This document shows positions 55,278-64,000 of a DNA stretch of 64,000 nt, piece after piece. Both the position numbers and the translations under genes were made by a program. Position 1 is the first letter of the stretch. Every line of letters starts with the position of its first letter. This DNA comes from Croceibacterium sp. (GTDB taxonomy: Bacteria > Pseudomonadota > Alphaproteobacteria > Sphingomonadales > Sphingomonadaceae). Location of the stretch: contig DASPMY010000030.1 of the NCBI GenBank assembly GCA_035626815.1, positions 1,903 through 65,902 on the forward strand, read 5' to 3'. The notes beneath the pieces were generated by a model that was given only the letters and a program-made list of their open reading frames with translations, searched no databases and was not told where the DNA came from.

Positions 55278-55840
55278 CGGCCGACCACCGCCGGCGGTCC
55301 CTGGACTTCGGGCCGCGGCTGCGCGCGCGGCGGCAACGTGGGCGCCGCTGGAGCGGGGGGCGGCGGGCGGGTCTCGCCGTCGCCGTAGAGTTCCCCGGCG
55401 ACGAACGGCCCGAGCGGCGCGCCCGCGGCGACGCGTTCGAGCACGTACGGCTCGAGCCCGGTGCCGACGTAGATCAGCTCGGCCCGGTCGGGACCGAGCA
55501 GGTGGAAGCGGAACACGTCGGGCTCGACGCCCGGGCGCGGGTCGGTGAAGCTGAGCTCCGCCCAGTCGCCGATCGCCCGGCCGTCGTCGGACTTGCGCTC
55601 GACCGCGGGCAGCTCGAGTTTGCCGAACAGCTTGCCGTCGGTCGCGAAGTGGGTCGGCTTGGCCCAGCCGCCGCGCCACTTCTCGCCGTCGCGCTCGAGA
55701 TCGAAGCGCATGATGATCGCCCCGTCGAGGCGCAGCGCCCAGGAACCGGCAAGGCTTTGACCGGCGAGCGCTTGCGCGGCCGCCGGAACCGGCAGCAGCA
55801 GCAGGACGGCGAGCAGCAGGCGAGCGACCATGCGGCGCAT
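55274..55840 (-). CDS. Secreted hypothetical protein with a Pro-rich C-terminus
   Basis: Signal peptide 'MRRMVARLLLAVLLLLPVPAAAQA'. 188 aa. It sits inside a longer spurious ORF. Confidence 0.5.
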   Translation of the reverse strand: MRRMVARLLLAVLLLLPVPAAAQALAGQSLAGSWALRLDGAIIMRFDLERDGEKWRGGWAKPTHFATDGKLFGKLELPAVERKSDDGRAIGDWAELSFTDPRPGVEPDVFRFHLLGPDRAELIYVGTGLEPYVLERVAAGAPLGPFVAGELYGDGETRPPPPAPAAPTLPPRAQPRPEVQGPPAVVGR

Positions 55841-55860
55841 CGTAGCGGTCGCCGCGGCAA

Positions 55861-55894
55861 AGAAAAAGGGCGGCCGCCTCGCGGCGACCGCCCC
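55861..55894 (-). terminator. Rho-independent terminator downstream of the ligM-like gene
   Basis: The minus strand reads GGGCGGTCGCCGCGAGGCGGCCGCCC followed by TTTTTCT. Confidence 0.75.
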
Positions 55895-55914
55895 TCGTCG
55901 TGTCGATCGGCCGA

Positions 55915-57351
55915 TCAGGCGCTGACGTACTCGCTCACGCCGACACCCTTCTGGCGCCACGATTCGGCATAGGCGTCGCGCGCGGTCTCGGAGTACGGGA
56001 CCGGCGAGACGATCGCCTTGATCTCGACCTGCTCGTGCGGCTCGACCGTCGGCTTGCTGGTGCCGCCGTTGGGCTCGCCCCACACCAGCGTCACTTCCTT
56101 GCCCATCTCGACGTGGGCCGGGTCGATCATCGCCAGGCTCAGCATGCGGCCCTCGTTCGAGCTGTAGCCGATCCAGGTCGACACGCCGATCGGCTTGCCG
56201 TCGACGCGCACCTCGTCGAACGGGTGCATCGCGTAGACCGCGCTGGGGAACTCGAAGTACTTGGCGCGGCTGCCCTTGGTCATCAGCGAGCTCATCACCC
56301 GGAGCACGTCCTCGTTGTCGAGCGCCAGCGTGACCTTGGTCTTGTGGGTCTCGTTGGCCATCCGCTCGAGCGCCTCGCGGCCGACGAACGCGTGGTCGAA
56401 CTTGACGATGTGGCCGTAGCCGATGTCCCACGGCGTCAGGTAGTAGCCCTCGATGCTGTCGGGGACGTAGCTGCCGCCGATCGAGCAGGTGCCGGCGTAG
56501 GAGTTGCCCGAGGCCCACTGGCGGAAGTCCTTCATCATCTGGCTGTCACCGGTGAAGGTCGCCGGCAGCGGCGAAGGCAGCCAGCCCGATTCGAGCGTGT
56601 TCGACGAGTAGGCGCGGCCGCCGACCAGGGTCAGGCCGTCGTTCTTGCCTGCCTCGACCAGCGCGCCATGGACGGCCTGGTAGTCTTCCCACGGCCCGAA
56701 CAGCTCGTAGCCCGGCTGGCCGGCCATGCCGTGGCGGAGCGCGATGACGTCCTTCCCGGCGATGTCGATGTGCGCCATGTTGAAGAACTTCAGGTCCGGC
56801 GCCTGCTGGCCCATGGCCTGGCTGAGGATCTTCATCGCATTCGGGCCCTGGAGCTGGAAGCGATAGTTCTTGCGCTGGCCGTCGGTGCGCAGCGCGGTGC
56901 GCTCGTCGCGCTCGACGGTGACGTTCCACTTGCCGCCGTCGGGCTTGGGATACTGCGCGTGGAACTCGACCCACTCGATCGCCGGCGCGCGGCCGACCAG
57001 GCTGAACTCCTCGTCGGCGAGGTAGAACAGGATCACGTCGCCGATCACGTAGCCGTCGGGGGTCACCGGGACGAACTGCTTGGCCTTGTTGACCGCGAAG
57101 TTCTTGAAGCTGTTGATGGCGAGGTACTCGAGCAGCGCGAAAGCGTCGGGACCGCGCACGTAGAGCTCGACCATGTGGTAGCTCTGGTTGAACAGCACGG
57201 CGCTCTTGGCCCACGCGCGCTGCTCGTTGCGCCAGTTCGAATACTCGGCCGGGACGCCGGGATAGACGTTCGGGCCGACCTGCTGGTTGCGCAGGAATTC
57301 GACGACGTCGCCGACCTGGTCCAGCTTCTGCTGCAGGGTTTGTTCGGTCAT
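55915..57351 (-). CDS. ligM: Tetrahydrofolate-dependent aromatic O-demethylase (LigM/DesA-like aminomethyltransferase family)
   Basis: 478 aa. Extensive resemblance to Sphingobium SYK-6 LigM as I recall it ('EFLRNQQVGPNVYP', 'KAKQFVPVTPDGYVIGD', 'LRHGMAGQPGYELFGPW', 'SNTLESGWLPSPLPA', 'VSPVPYSETAR'). It could equally be a DesA-type paralog. Confidence 0.8.
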   Translation of the reverse strand: MTEQTLQQKLDQVGDVVEFLRNQQVGPNVYPGVPAEYSNWRNEQRAWAKSAVLFNQSYHMVELYVRGPDAFALLEYLAINSFKNFAVNKAKQFVPVTPDGYVIGDVILFYLADEEFSLVGRAPAIEWVEFHAQYPKPDGGKWNVTVERDERTALRTDGQRKNYRFQLQGPNAMKILSQAMGQQAPDLKFFNMAHIDIAGKDVIALRHGMAGQPGYELFGPWEDYQAVHGALVEAGKNDGLTLVGGRAYSSNTLESGWLPSPLPATFTGDSQMMKDFRQWASGNSYAGTCSIGGSYVPDSIEGYYLTPWDIGYGHIVKFDHAFVGREALERMANETHKTKVTLALDNEDVLRVMSSLMTKGSRAKYFEFPSAVYAMHPFDEVRVDGKPIGVSTWIGYSSNEGRMLSLAMIDPAHVEMGKEVTLVWGEPNGGTSKPTVEPHEQVEIKAIVSPVPYSETARDAYAESWRQKGVGVSEYVSA

Positions 57352-58091
57352 GAAGGTTGCCTTTCGTAGGGCGGTTGCGTTGGAAGAAGATGTTCGTCGG
57401 CCGGGCGGGCGAGCCAGTCGGCGATCGCCGCGTTGACCGCTGCGGGCGCCTCGAGCGGCAGCATGTGGCCTGCTCCCGGAACGATCACCAGGCTCGCGTC
57501 GGGGATCGCCGCGGCGATCTCGCGGTGCTGCGCCGGCGGGCTCCATTCGTCGAGCTCGCCGGTGATGACCAGCGTCGGGCAGGCGATCTCCGGCAGAAGG
57601 CCGCGCACGTCGGGGCGGCCGAGCAGCGCGCCGATCTGGGTGTCGAACAGCGCCTGGCCCTGGTCGAGCGACATCTCGCGCATCTCGCGGTAGATCGGCC
57701 TGGCGCGGTTGGCCTCGGCGACCATCGGCGGCAGCCAGACGTCGACCAGCGCCGCGAAGCCATGGTCGTGGCCGATCGCCTTCAGCGCCGCGCGCTTGGC
57801 CGGCTCCTGCTCGGCGACCGGATGGATGCCGGTGCTCGACAAGGCCAGCCGCCGCACCCGCCGGGGCGCCAGGCGATAGACTTCGAGCGCGACGCGCCCG
57901 CCCATCGAATGGCCGAACAGGTCGAACCGTTCGGCGCCCTCGCGGTCGGCCTGCGCCAGCGCCACGCGCGCCATCGCCTCGAGCGAACCGGCCATGCCGT
58001 AGCCGTCCACCGCCCGCGAGGCCGGGAATGCGGCGAGCTGCGGCGCATAAATGCGCGCGTCGCAGATCAGCCCGGGGAGGAACAGCAGCAT
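57348..58091 (-). CDS. Alpha/beta hydrolase
   Basis: 'GHSMGG' nucleophile elbow. 247 aa. Its stop overlaps the ligM-like start (ATGA). Confidence 0.8.
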   Translation of the reverse strand: MLLFLPGLICDARIYAPQLAAFPASRAVDGYGMAGSLEAMARVALAQADREGAERFDLFGHSMGGRVALEVYRLAPRRVRRLALSSTGIHPVAEQEPAKRAALKAIGHDHGFAALVDVWLPPMVAEANRARPIYREMREMSLDQGQALFDTQIGALLGRPDVRGLLPEIACPTLVITGELDEWSPPAQHREIAAAIPDASLVIVPGAGHMLPLEAPAAVNAAIADWLARPADEHLLPTQPPYERQPS

Positions 58092-58221
58092 CGCTCTCGT
58101 CTATGTTCGCAGGTGTGAAAAATTCGTCTATACGAAAAACAATGCGCGCGCTAGAGGCTTTGTCAACGCGCGCGAAACGCCTAAGGGCCCCCATGTCCGC
58201 GCCCCACAGAGGAGCCAATCG

Positions 58222-59094
58222 ATGTCCTACGCCGCCATCCACCCGGACTGGGAGAAGCCGCGCCGCAACATGGTCGACGGCTATTCGCTGGAGATGACGG
58301 CCAAGGAGCTCGACGGCCTGCGCGACGCCGCGCCCCTCATCCGTCCGAACACGCAGGTGGCGGTCACGTTCCTGCCCGGCGAGGCGATGGAGCAGCGGGT
58401 GGAGGCGGCCAAGCTGGTCCGCGCATTGGGCTTCGAGCCGATCGTCCACCTCTCGGCGCGCCGGCTGACCTCGAAGGACGAGCTCGACGGCTACCTCGCG
58501 CGGATCACCGGCGAGGCCGGGGTCAAGCGCGTGTTCCTGATTGCCGGCGATCCGCCCGAGCCCGAAGGCCCGTTCGAGGATTCGCTGCAGGTGATCGAGA
58601 GCGGCCTGCTGGAAAAGCACGGCATCACCATCGCCGGCATCGGCGGTCACCCCGAAGGCCATCCGAACGTCTCCAGGGACGACTTGTGGGTGTGGATGGA
58701 GCGCAAGATCGCCGCCTTGCGCGCGCGCGGCATCGTGCCGCTGGTGGTCACCCAGTTCGCCTTCGACGACGACGCGATCGTCGAGTGGGTCGGCGAGATG
58801 CGCCGCCGCGGCATCGACGTGCCGGTGCGCCTCGGCGTGCCCGGCCCGGCCGGAATCAAGCGGCTGCTCGGCTTTGCCGCGCGCTGCGGCGTCGGCGCCT
58901 CGGCGAGCGTGATGAAGAAGTACGGCGTCTCGGTCACCAACCTGCTCGGCCGCGCCGGGCCCGACAAGCTGGTCGATTCGCTCGACGCCAAGCTCAACGA
59001 CGGCGAGCATGGTCGCGTCCGCCTGCATCTCTATCCGTTCGGCGCGCTGACCGCCTCGGCCGAATGGGTCAACGAATACGACGCGAAGCACTAG
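58222..59094 (+). CDS. metF: 5,10-methylenetetrahydrofolate reductase
   Basis: AGAGGAG RBS. 290 aa MTHFR fold ('RVFLIAGDPPEP', 'IGGHPEGHP', 'VVTQFAFD'). Divergent from the ligM-like operon. Confidence 0.85.
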   Translation: MSYAAIHPDWEKPRRNMVDGYSLEMTAKELDGLRDAAPLIRPNTQVAVTFLPGEAMEQRVEAAKLVRALGFEPIVHLSARRLTSKDELDGYLARITGEAGVKRVFLIAGDPPEPEGPFEDSLQVIESGLLEKHGITIAGIGGHPEGHPNVSRDDLWVWMERKIAALRARGIVPLVVTQFAFDDDAIVEWVGEMRRRGIDVPVRLGVPGPAGIKRLLGFAARCGVGASASVMKKYGVSVTNLLGRAGPDKLVDSLDAKLNDGEHGRVRLHLYPFGALTASAEWVNEYDAKH

Positions 59095-59365
59095 AGGGTC
59101 TAAACCCGCCCTCCGCATGGGTCAGGGCTTGGCTTGAAGCGGCCAGATCAAGGAGTGAGGACGAAGGACATGTCTAAACATATTCGAGGACGAGCGACGC
59201 CGAGCTGGCCGCTTCAAGCCAAGTCGCTTCGCGATGGCCCGCTGCGGGCGAGCTGCGTCGTCGCACCGCTCGACCGGGGGACAAGCCCCGCTCTTCGCGG
59301 TGCTCCTAGCATCTCATCCCGCAGCGGAGCCACCCTGGCCCATGCGGAGGGCGGGTTTAGACCCT
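59095..59365. repeat. ~270-bp nested inverted-repeat element (MITE-like or structured RNA) filling the metF-folD gap
   Basis: 33-nt terminal inverted repeats (32/33 match): 'agggtctaaacccgccctccgcatgggtcaggg' / 'ccctggcccatgcggagggcgggtttagaccct'. An inner perfect 19-bp IR: 'cttggcttgaagcggccag' / 'ctggccgcttcaagccaag'. A further 10-bp IR: 'ccgctgcggg' / 'cccgcagcgg'. Confidence 0.7.
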
Positions 59366-59366
59366 A

Positions 59367-60290
59367 ATGGCCCAGATCATCGACGGGCGCGCGATCGCGC
59401 GCCAGCTGGACGAGAAGACCAAGGCCGCGGTCGACGCGATGGTCGCGGCCGGCCAGCCGCGCCCGGGCCTGGCGGTGATCCTCGTCGGCGACGACGGCGC
59501 GAGCCAGGTCTACGTCCGGCGCAAGATCAAGGCGTGCGAGAAGGTCGGCATCCGGTCCTTCGAGCACCGCCTGCCCGCCGACGCCTCGCAGGACGCGCTG
59601 CTGGCCCTGATCGACAGGCTCAACAGGGATCCCGAGGTCCACGGCATTCTCTGCCAGGTGCCGCTGCCCGAGCACATCGACACCCGCTGGGTGCTGCGCG
59701 CGATCTTGCCCGACAAGGACGTCGACGGCTTCCACCCGGTCAATGTCGGGCGGCTCACCACCGGGACCGGCGGGATCGTGCCGTGCACTCCGCTGGGGGT
59801 GATGATGCTGATCGAATCGGTCATCCCCGACATCAAGGGCAAGGACGTGGTGGTGATCGGCAAGTCGAACATTGTCGGCAAGCCGGTGGCGAACCTTCTG
59901 CTCGACGCCGAGGCGACCGTCACCGTCACCCATATCCACACCGAGAACCTGGCCGAGATCGCCCGCAAGGCCGACGTCATCGTCGCCGCCGCCGGCGCGC
60001 CCGAGCTGGTCAAGGGCTGGTGGGTCAAGCCCGGCGCGGTGCTGATCGACGTCGGCATCTCGCGCATCGTCGGCGAGGACGGCAAGGAACGGCTGGTCGG
60101 CGACATCGCCTTCGACGAGGTCCAGCATGCCAAGGCGGTCACCCCGGTGCCCGGCGGCGTCGGGCCGATGACCATCGCCTGCCTGCTGTCCAATACCGTG
60201 CAAGCGGCGCAGAACCTCCTCGCCGGGCCGGCCGCGCGGGGCGACGATTACGCCGACGCCCCCGACCGCGCGATGTATCCGGCCCACTGA
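59367..60290 (+). CDS. folD: Bifunctional methylene-THF dehydrogenase / methenyl-THF cyclohydrolase (copy 1)
   Basis: 'IIDGRAIA', 'VILVGDDGASQVYVRRK', 'ILCQVPLP', 'DVDGFHP', '[12 protein letters not shown]'. Confidence 0.95.
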   Translation: MAQIIDGRAIARQLDEKTKAAVDAMVAAGQPRPGLAVILVGDDGASQVYVRRKIKACEKVGIRSFEHRLPADASQDALLALIDRLNRDPEVHGILCQVPLPEHIDTRWVLRAILPDKDVDGFHPVNVGRLTTGTGGIVPCTPLGVMMLIESVIPDIKGKDVVVIGKSNIVGKPVANLLLDAEATVTVTHIHTENLAEIARKADVIVAAAGAPELVKGWWVKPGAVLIDVGISRIVGEDGKERLVGDIAFDEVQHAKAVTPVPGGVGPMTIACLLSNTVQAAQNLLAGPAARGDDYADAPDRAMYPAH

Positions 60291-60358
60291 GGCTGGCGGC
60301 GATAGCCCGCCGGGCGTGAAATCTTGCCAATTGGCCGCCAATCGCCGAGTGTCGGCGA

Positions 60359-61276
60359 ATGGGGGAGATCATCGACGGCCGCGCCATCGCGCGCCAGCTG
60401 GACGAAGAGACCGCCGCGCTGGTCGCGGGGCACACGGCGGCGGGCCGCGGCCCGCCAGGCCTGGCGGTGATCCTGGTCGGCGACGATCCCGCGAGCGAGG
60501 TCTACGTCAGCCATAAGGTGAAGGCGTGCGCGCGGCTCGGCGTCCGCAGCTTCGAGCACCGCCTGCCCGCGGCGACCGCGCAGGCCGAGCTGCTGGCGCT
60601 GATCGACCGGCTCAACCACGATCCCGCGGTGCACGGCATCCTGTGCCAGGTGCCCCTGCCCCAACATGTCGATGCGCGCGCCGCGCTCGAGGCGATCCGC
60701 CCGGAGAAGGACGTCGACGGCTTTCACCCGGTGAACGCCGGACGGCTGATGACCGGCACTGGCGGCATTCCGGCGTGCACGCCGCTCGGGGTGATGAAGC
60801 TGCTGGCCTCGGTCGTGCCCGATCCGGCGGGGCTCGACGCGCTGGTGATCGGCCGCTCGAACATCGTCGGCAAGCCGGTCGCGATCATGCTGCTGGCGGC
60901 GGGGTGCACCGTGACCATCGCCCATAGCCGCACGCGCGATCTGCCCGCGGTGGCCCGGCGCGCCGACGTGATCGTCGCCGCCTGCGGCATCCCGCGCTTC
61001 GTCAGGGGCGACTGGGTCAAGCCCGGCGCGGTGGTGATCGACGTCGGCATCAACCGCCTCACCGACGACAACGGCAAGGAGCGGCTGGTCGGCGACGTGG
61101 CGTTCGACGAGGTCGCGCATGCGAAGGCGGTCACCCCGGTGCCCGGCGGCGTCGGTCCGATGACGATAGCCTGCCTGCTGCACAACACCGCGCAGGCGGC
61201 CCGGGCGCAAGCGGAGGCGCGGTCGCTCGGCGGCGCGCCGATCGACGGCGCCGGCGAAGGCGCCCGGGCTGACTAG
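60359..61276 (+). CDS. folD: Bifunctional methylene-THF dehydrogenase / methenyl-THF cyclohydrolase (copy 2, tandem paralog)
   Basis: Same motif set as copy 1. The two are clearly paralogous but diverged. Both have short C-terminal extensions. Confidence 0.95.
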   Translation: MGEIIDGRAIARQLDEETAALVAGHTAAGRGPPGLAVILVGDDPASEVYVSHKVKACARLGVRSFEHRLPAATAQAELLALIDRLNHDPAVHGILCQVPLPQHVDARAALEAIRPEKDVDGFHPVNAGRLMTGTGGIPACTPLGVMKLLASVVPDPAGLDALVIGRSNIVGKPVAIMLLAAGCTVTIAHSRTRDLPAVARRADVIVAACGIPRFVRGDWVKPGAVVIDVGINRLTDDNGKERLVGDVAFDEVAHAKAVTPVPGGVGPMTIACLLHNTAQAARAQAEARSLGGAPIDGAGEGARAD

Positions 61277-62238
61277 AGCCAGCCGATGCGCCGGAAGCGC
61301 ACGAACAGGCCCACGCACAGCAGCGCCATCGCCCCGACCACCATGAAATAGCCGTAGCGCCAGTCGAGCTCGGGCATGACGGCGAAGTTCATCCCGTAGA
61401 TTCCGGCGATGGCCGTCGGCACCGCGAGGATCGCCGCCCACGCGGCGAGCTGGCGGGTGATCGCGCCCTGGCGGCTCTGCTCGAGCAGCCCGGCGACCTC
61501 GATCATCGCCCCGAGCGTGTCGTTGAGCCAGCGCGCCTTCGTCACCGCCCGGCGGGTGTGGTCGAGCACGTCGCGGAAATAGGGCCGCGCGCGCCGGTCG
61601 ATCGCCGGCTGCTCGACCTCGGCCAGCTTGGCGGCGACTTCCTCCATCCGCCCGGCGATGTCCTCGAACCGGCGCAGCTCGCGCCGCAAGTGGAAGATGC
61701 GCCGGATGCGCCCCGGGTCGGGGAACCGGGCGACGGCGTTGTCCTCCATCTCGCCGACCTCGGCCTCGAGCCGGTCGAGCAGCGGGCCGTAGCCGTCGAC
61801 GATGAAATCGAGCACCGCGTGGAGCACGAAGTCGGGCCCTTCGGCGAGCTTTTCGGGCACCGCCTCGAGCTGCGCGCGCAGCCTGTCGTGGGCGCGGGTG
61901 CTGCCCTGCCGCACGGTGACCAGGAAATCCTTGCCGAGGAACAGCGCCGTCTGGCCGTAGGCGATGCGGTCGTTGTCGCCCAGGTCCGCGGTGCGGGCGA
62001 TCACGAACAGCTGCGCGCCGTACGCCTCCGCCTTGGGCGCCTGGCGCTGGCTCATCGCGTCCTCAACCGCCAGCGGATGGAGGCGGTACTTCGCCGCGAC
62101 AGCCTGCATTTCCCCGTCGCTCGGCTCGACCAGGCCGACCCAGTCGAACTCCGACTTCGCGGGCGACGGGCAATCGTCGGGCAGCCGGTCCTCGACCAGC
62201 TTCCCGTCCCGGTAGCGGCGCGCGGCGACCATCGTCAT
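61273..62238 (-). CDS. corA: CorA-family magnesium/cobalt transporter
   Basis: 321 aa. C-terminal two TM segments with the 'YGMNF' signature. Confidence 0.9.
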   Translation of the reverse strand: MTMVAARRYRDGKLVEDRLPDDCPSPAKSEFDWVGLVEPSDGEMQAVAAKYRLHPLAVEDAMSQRQAPKAEAYGAQLFVIARTADLGDNDRIAYGQTALFLGKDFLVTVRQGSTRAHDRLRAQLEAVPEKLAEGPDFVLHAVLDFIVDGYGPLLDRLEAEVGEMEDNAVARFPDPGRIRRIFHLRRELRRFEDIAGRMEEVAAKLAEVEQPAIDRRARPYFRDVLDHTRRAVTKARWLNDTLGAMIEVAGLLEQSRQGAITRQLAAWAAILAVPTAIAGIYGMNFAVMPELDWRYGYFMVVGAMALLCVGLFVRFRRIGWL

Positions 62239-62285
62239 GGCGCGGATTGGTGACAGAGGGCGCGACTGCTGGCAATCTCGTTCGC

Positions 62286-63758
62286 ATGGCCGGGGAACAA
62301 CGCGAATTCGATGTCCTGATCGTCGGCGCGGGCATCTCCGGCATCTCGATGGCGGCGCACCTCAAGATGATGTGCCCGGAGCTGACGTTCGCGATGCTCG
62401 AGCGCCGCGACCGGCTCGGCGGGACCTGGGACCTGTTCCGCTACCCGGGGGTGCGTTCGGACAGCGACATGCATACGCTCGGCTTCCGCTTCGAGCCGTG
62501 GATCCACCCCAAGGCGATCGCCGACGCGGAGGCGATCCGCGAGTACCTCCAGCGGGTCGTATCCGAGCGCGGCATCGACCGGCACATCCGCTTCGGAACC
62601 AGGGTCATCTCGGCGGATTGGCGATCGGACGAGGCCCTGTGGCAGCTCACGGTCGAGGATGCCGAGGGCTGCCACCGGCTCACCGCGCGCTTCCTCTACC
62701 TCGCCTCGGGATACTACGACTACGACGACCCGCACGACGCCCGGCTTCCCGGCCTCGCCGAGTTCGGCGGACAAGTGGTCCACCCGCAGTTCTGGCCGGC
62801 CGACCTCGACTACGCGGGCCAGCGGGTGGTGGTGGTCGGCTCGGGCGCGACCGCGGTCACCATCGTCCCGGCGATGACCGACCGGGCGGCGCACGTGACC
62901 ATGCTCCAGCGCACGCCGACGTGGATGGCAGCGGGCCCGAGCGAGGACGCCCTGGCGAACCGGCTGCGCCAATGGTTGCCGCAAGGGCTCGCCTACTGGA
63001 TCGTCCGGCAGAAGAACATCCGCTTGCGCCACCTGTTCTTCACCAAGTCGCGCGAGGAGCCCGACAAGGTCGCCGGATACCTCACCCGGCTGCTCCGCAA
63101 GGAGCTCGGCGAGCACTTCTCGGCCGACTTCCAGCCGCCTTACGCGCCGTGGGACCAGCGGCTGTGCCTGGTGCCCGACAGCGACTTCTTCGCGGCCGTC
63201 AAGGCGGGTACGGCCTCGGTCAGGACCGGCGAGATCGAGACCTTCGAGCACGATGGCGTCAGGCTCACTTCCGGCGAGCGGCTGCCCGCCGACATCGTCG
63301 TCACCGCCACCGGCCTGCGCCTCGCGCTCGGCGGGAAGATCGCGGTCAGCCTCGACGGCGGGCCGGTGAACTGGGCCGAGCGCTGGTTCTACCGCGGCTG
63401 CATGTTCTCGAACGTGCCCAACCTGGCGATCGTGTTCGGCTACCTGAACGCCAGCTGGACGCTGCGCGCCGACAACAATGCCGACTACGTCTGCCGGCTG
63501 CTCAATCGCATGCGCGACAAGCGCGCCGACGTCGTGATGCCGTGCCTGCCCGAGGACCACGGCCTCGAGGAGGCCGACATCATCGTGTTCTCGTCGGGCT
63601 ACCTGCAGCGCGCGCGCAGCCTGATGCCGAAGAGCGCGGCCACGCTGCCGTGGCGCCTCAACCAGAACTACCTCGAGGACTGCCGCGACTTCCGCAAGCG
63701 CCCGGTCGACGACGGCGTGTTGCGGTTCGCCAGGCTGCCCGCCAAAGCGGCGGCATGA
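62286..63758 (+). CDS. Flavin-dependent (Baeyer-Villiger/EthA-like) monooxygenase
   Basis: 'FDVLIVGAGISG', BVMO fingerprint 'FGGQVVHPQFWP' and a second Rossmann 'VVVVGSGATA'. The internal ATG was preferred to 62247. Confidence 0.85.
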   Translation: MAGEQREFDVLIVGAGISGISMAAHLKMMCPELTFAMLERRDRLGGTWDLFRYPGVRSDSDMHTLGFRFEPWIHPKAIADAEAIREYLQRVVSERGIDRHIRFGTRVISADWRSDEALWQLTVEDAEGCHRLTARFLYLASGYYDYDDPHDARLPGLAEFGGQVVHPQFWPADLDYAGQRVVVVGSGATAVTIVPAMTDRAAHVTMLQRTPTWMAAGPSEDALANRLRQWLPQGLAYWIVRQKNIRLRHLFFTKSREEPDKVAGYLTRLLRKELGEHFSADFQPPYAPWDQRLCLVPDSDFFAAVKAGTASVRTGEIETFEHDGVRLTSGERLPADIVVTATGLRLALGGKIAVSLDGGPVNWAERWFYRGCMFSNVPNLAIVFGYLNASWTLRADNNADYVCRLLNRMRDKRADVVMPCLPEDHGLEEADIIVFSSGYLQRARSLMPKSAATLPWRLNQNYLEDCRDFRKRPVDDGVLRFARLPAKAAA

Positions 63759-64000
63759 GCGACAAGATCTGGACCGCCGCGCTGGTCGTCATCGGCGACG
63801 AGATTCTCTCCGGCCGGACGCACGACAGGAACATCGCCCGGGTCGCGAGCTGGCTGCAGGTCCAGGGCATCCGGCTGATGGAAGTGCGCGTGGTGCCCGA
63901 CATCGCCGAGCGCATCGCCGAGGCGGTCAACGCACTCAGGACCGCGCACGACTACCTGTTCACCACCGGCGGGATCGGCCCGACGCACGACGACATCACC
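63755..64000 (+). CDS. CinA-like / MoCF-biosynthesis domain protein, N-terminal part; runs off the window
   Basis: ATGA overlap with the upstream stop. 'ALVVIGDEILSGRTHDRN...FTTGGIGPTHDDIT'. Confidence 0.8.
   Translation, partial: MSDKIWTAALVVIGDEILSGRTHDRNIARVASWLQVQGIRLMEVRVVPDIAERIAEAVNALRTAHDYLFTTGGIGPTHDDIT

Noticed and set aside
59134-59367. 77-aa ORF inside the nested inverted-repeat element as a real gene.
   Set aside because: Third-position GC is clearly lower than in neighbouring genes. The sequence has no recognisable domain and the frame is built from the repeat arms. It is retained only as a possible coupling uORF within the element finding.

Overview
This is a high-GC chromosomal segment, probably alphaproteobacterial. 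Its gene content looks like Sphingomonadaceae (inference). Coding density is high and many gene pairs have overlapping start/stop codons. Main blocks, in order: (1) pobA, then a compact virB-type type IV secretion locus (virB1-B2-B3-B4-B6-B9-B10-B11, ~1.96-9.72 kb), followed by a small low-GC islet. (2) A large set of lignin-derived aromatic catabolism genes: two carotenoid-cleavage/lignostilbene-type dioxygenases, a Zn alcohol dehydrogenase, two aldehyde dehydrogenases, a PQQ quinohemoprotein dehydrogenase, a PCMH/eugenol-hydroxylase-type flavocytochrome, a GMC oxidoreductase, a DUF3237 protein, SDRs, five NTF2/SnoaL-like proteins, MarR and IclR regulators, an MFS transporter and a TonB-dependent receptor. 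This block also includes a LigM-like tetrahydrofolate-dependent O-demethylase with metF and two tandem folD copies. (3) A 1655-aa RTX-type Ca-binding repeat protein. (4) The most unusual item, at ~47.4-54.3 kb: a microcin/RiPP-like cluster. It encodes a NodT-type outer-membrane factor, a CvaA-like membrane fusion protein, a CvaB-like ABC exporter with an intact C39 peptidase, a translationally coupled 2OG-Fe(II) oxygenase, a 316-aa unknown protein, and a 63-aa precursor. The precursor has a colicin-V-like double-glycine leader and a very cationic core built from (Ser-Lys) dipeptide repeats and four Cys. Several families of REP-like palindromic intergenic repeats are present, plus one ~270-bp nested inverted-repeat (MITE-like) element. 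No rRNA, tRNA, CRISPR array or transposase gene was recognised. CDS coordinates follow the supplied ORF track, with starts re-chosen where an internal start has a better RBS, signal peptide or gene overlap. Hairpin and repeat coordinates were located by eye and may be off by 1-2 nt.
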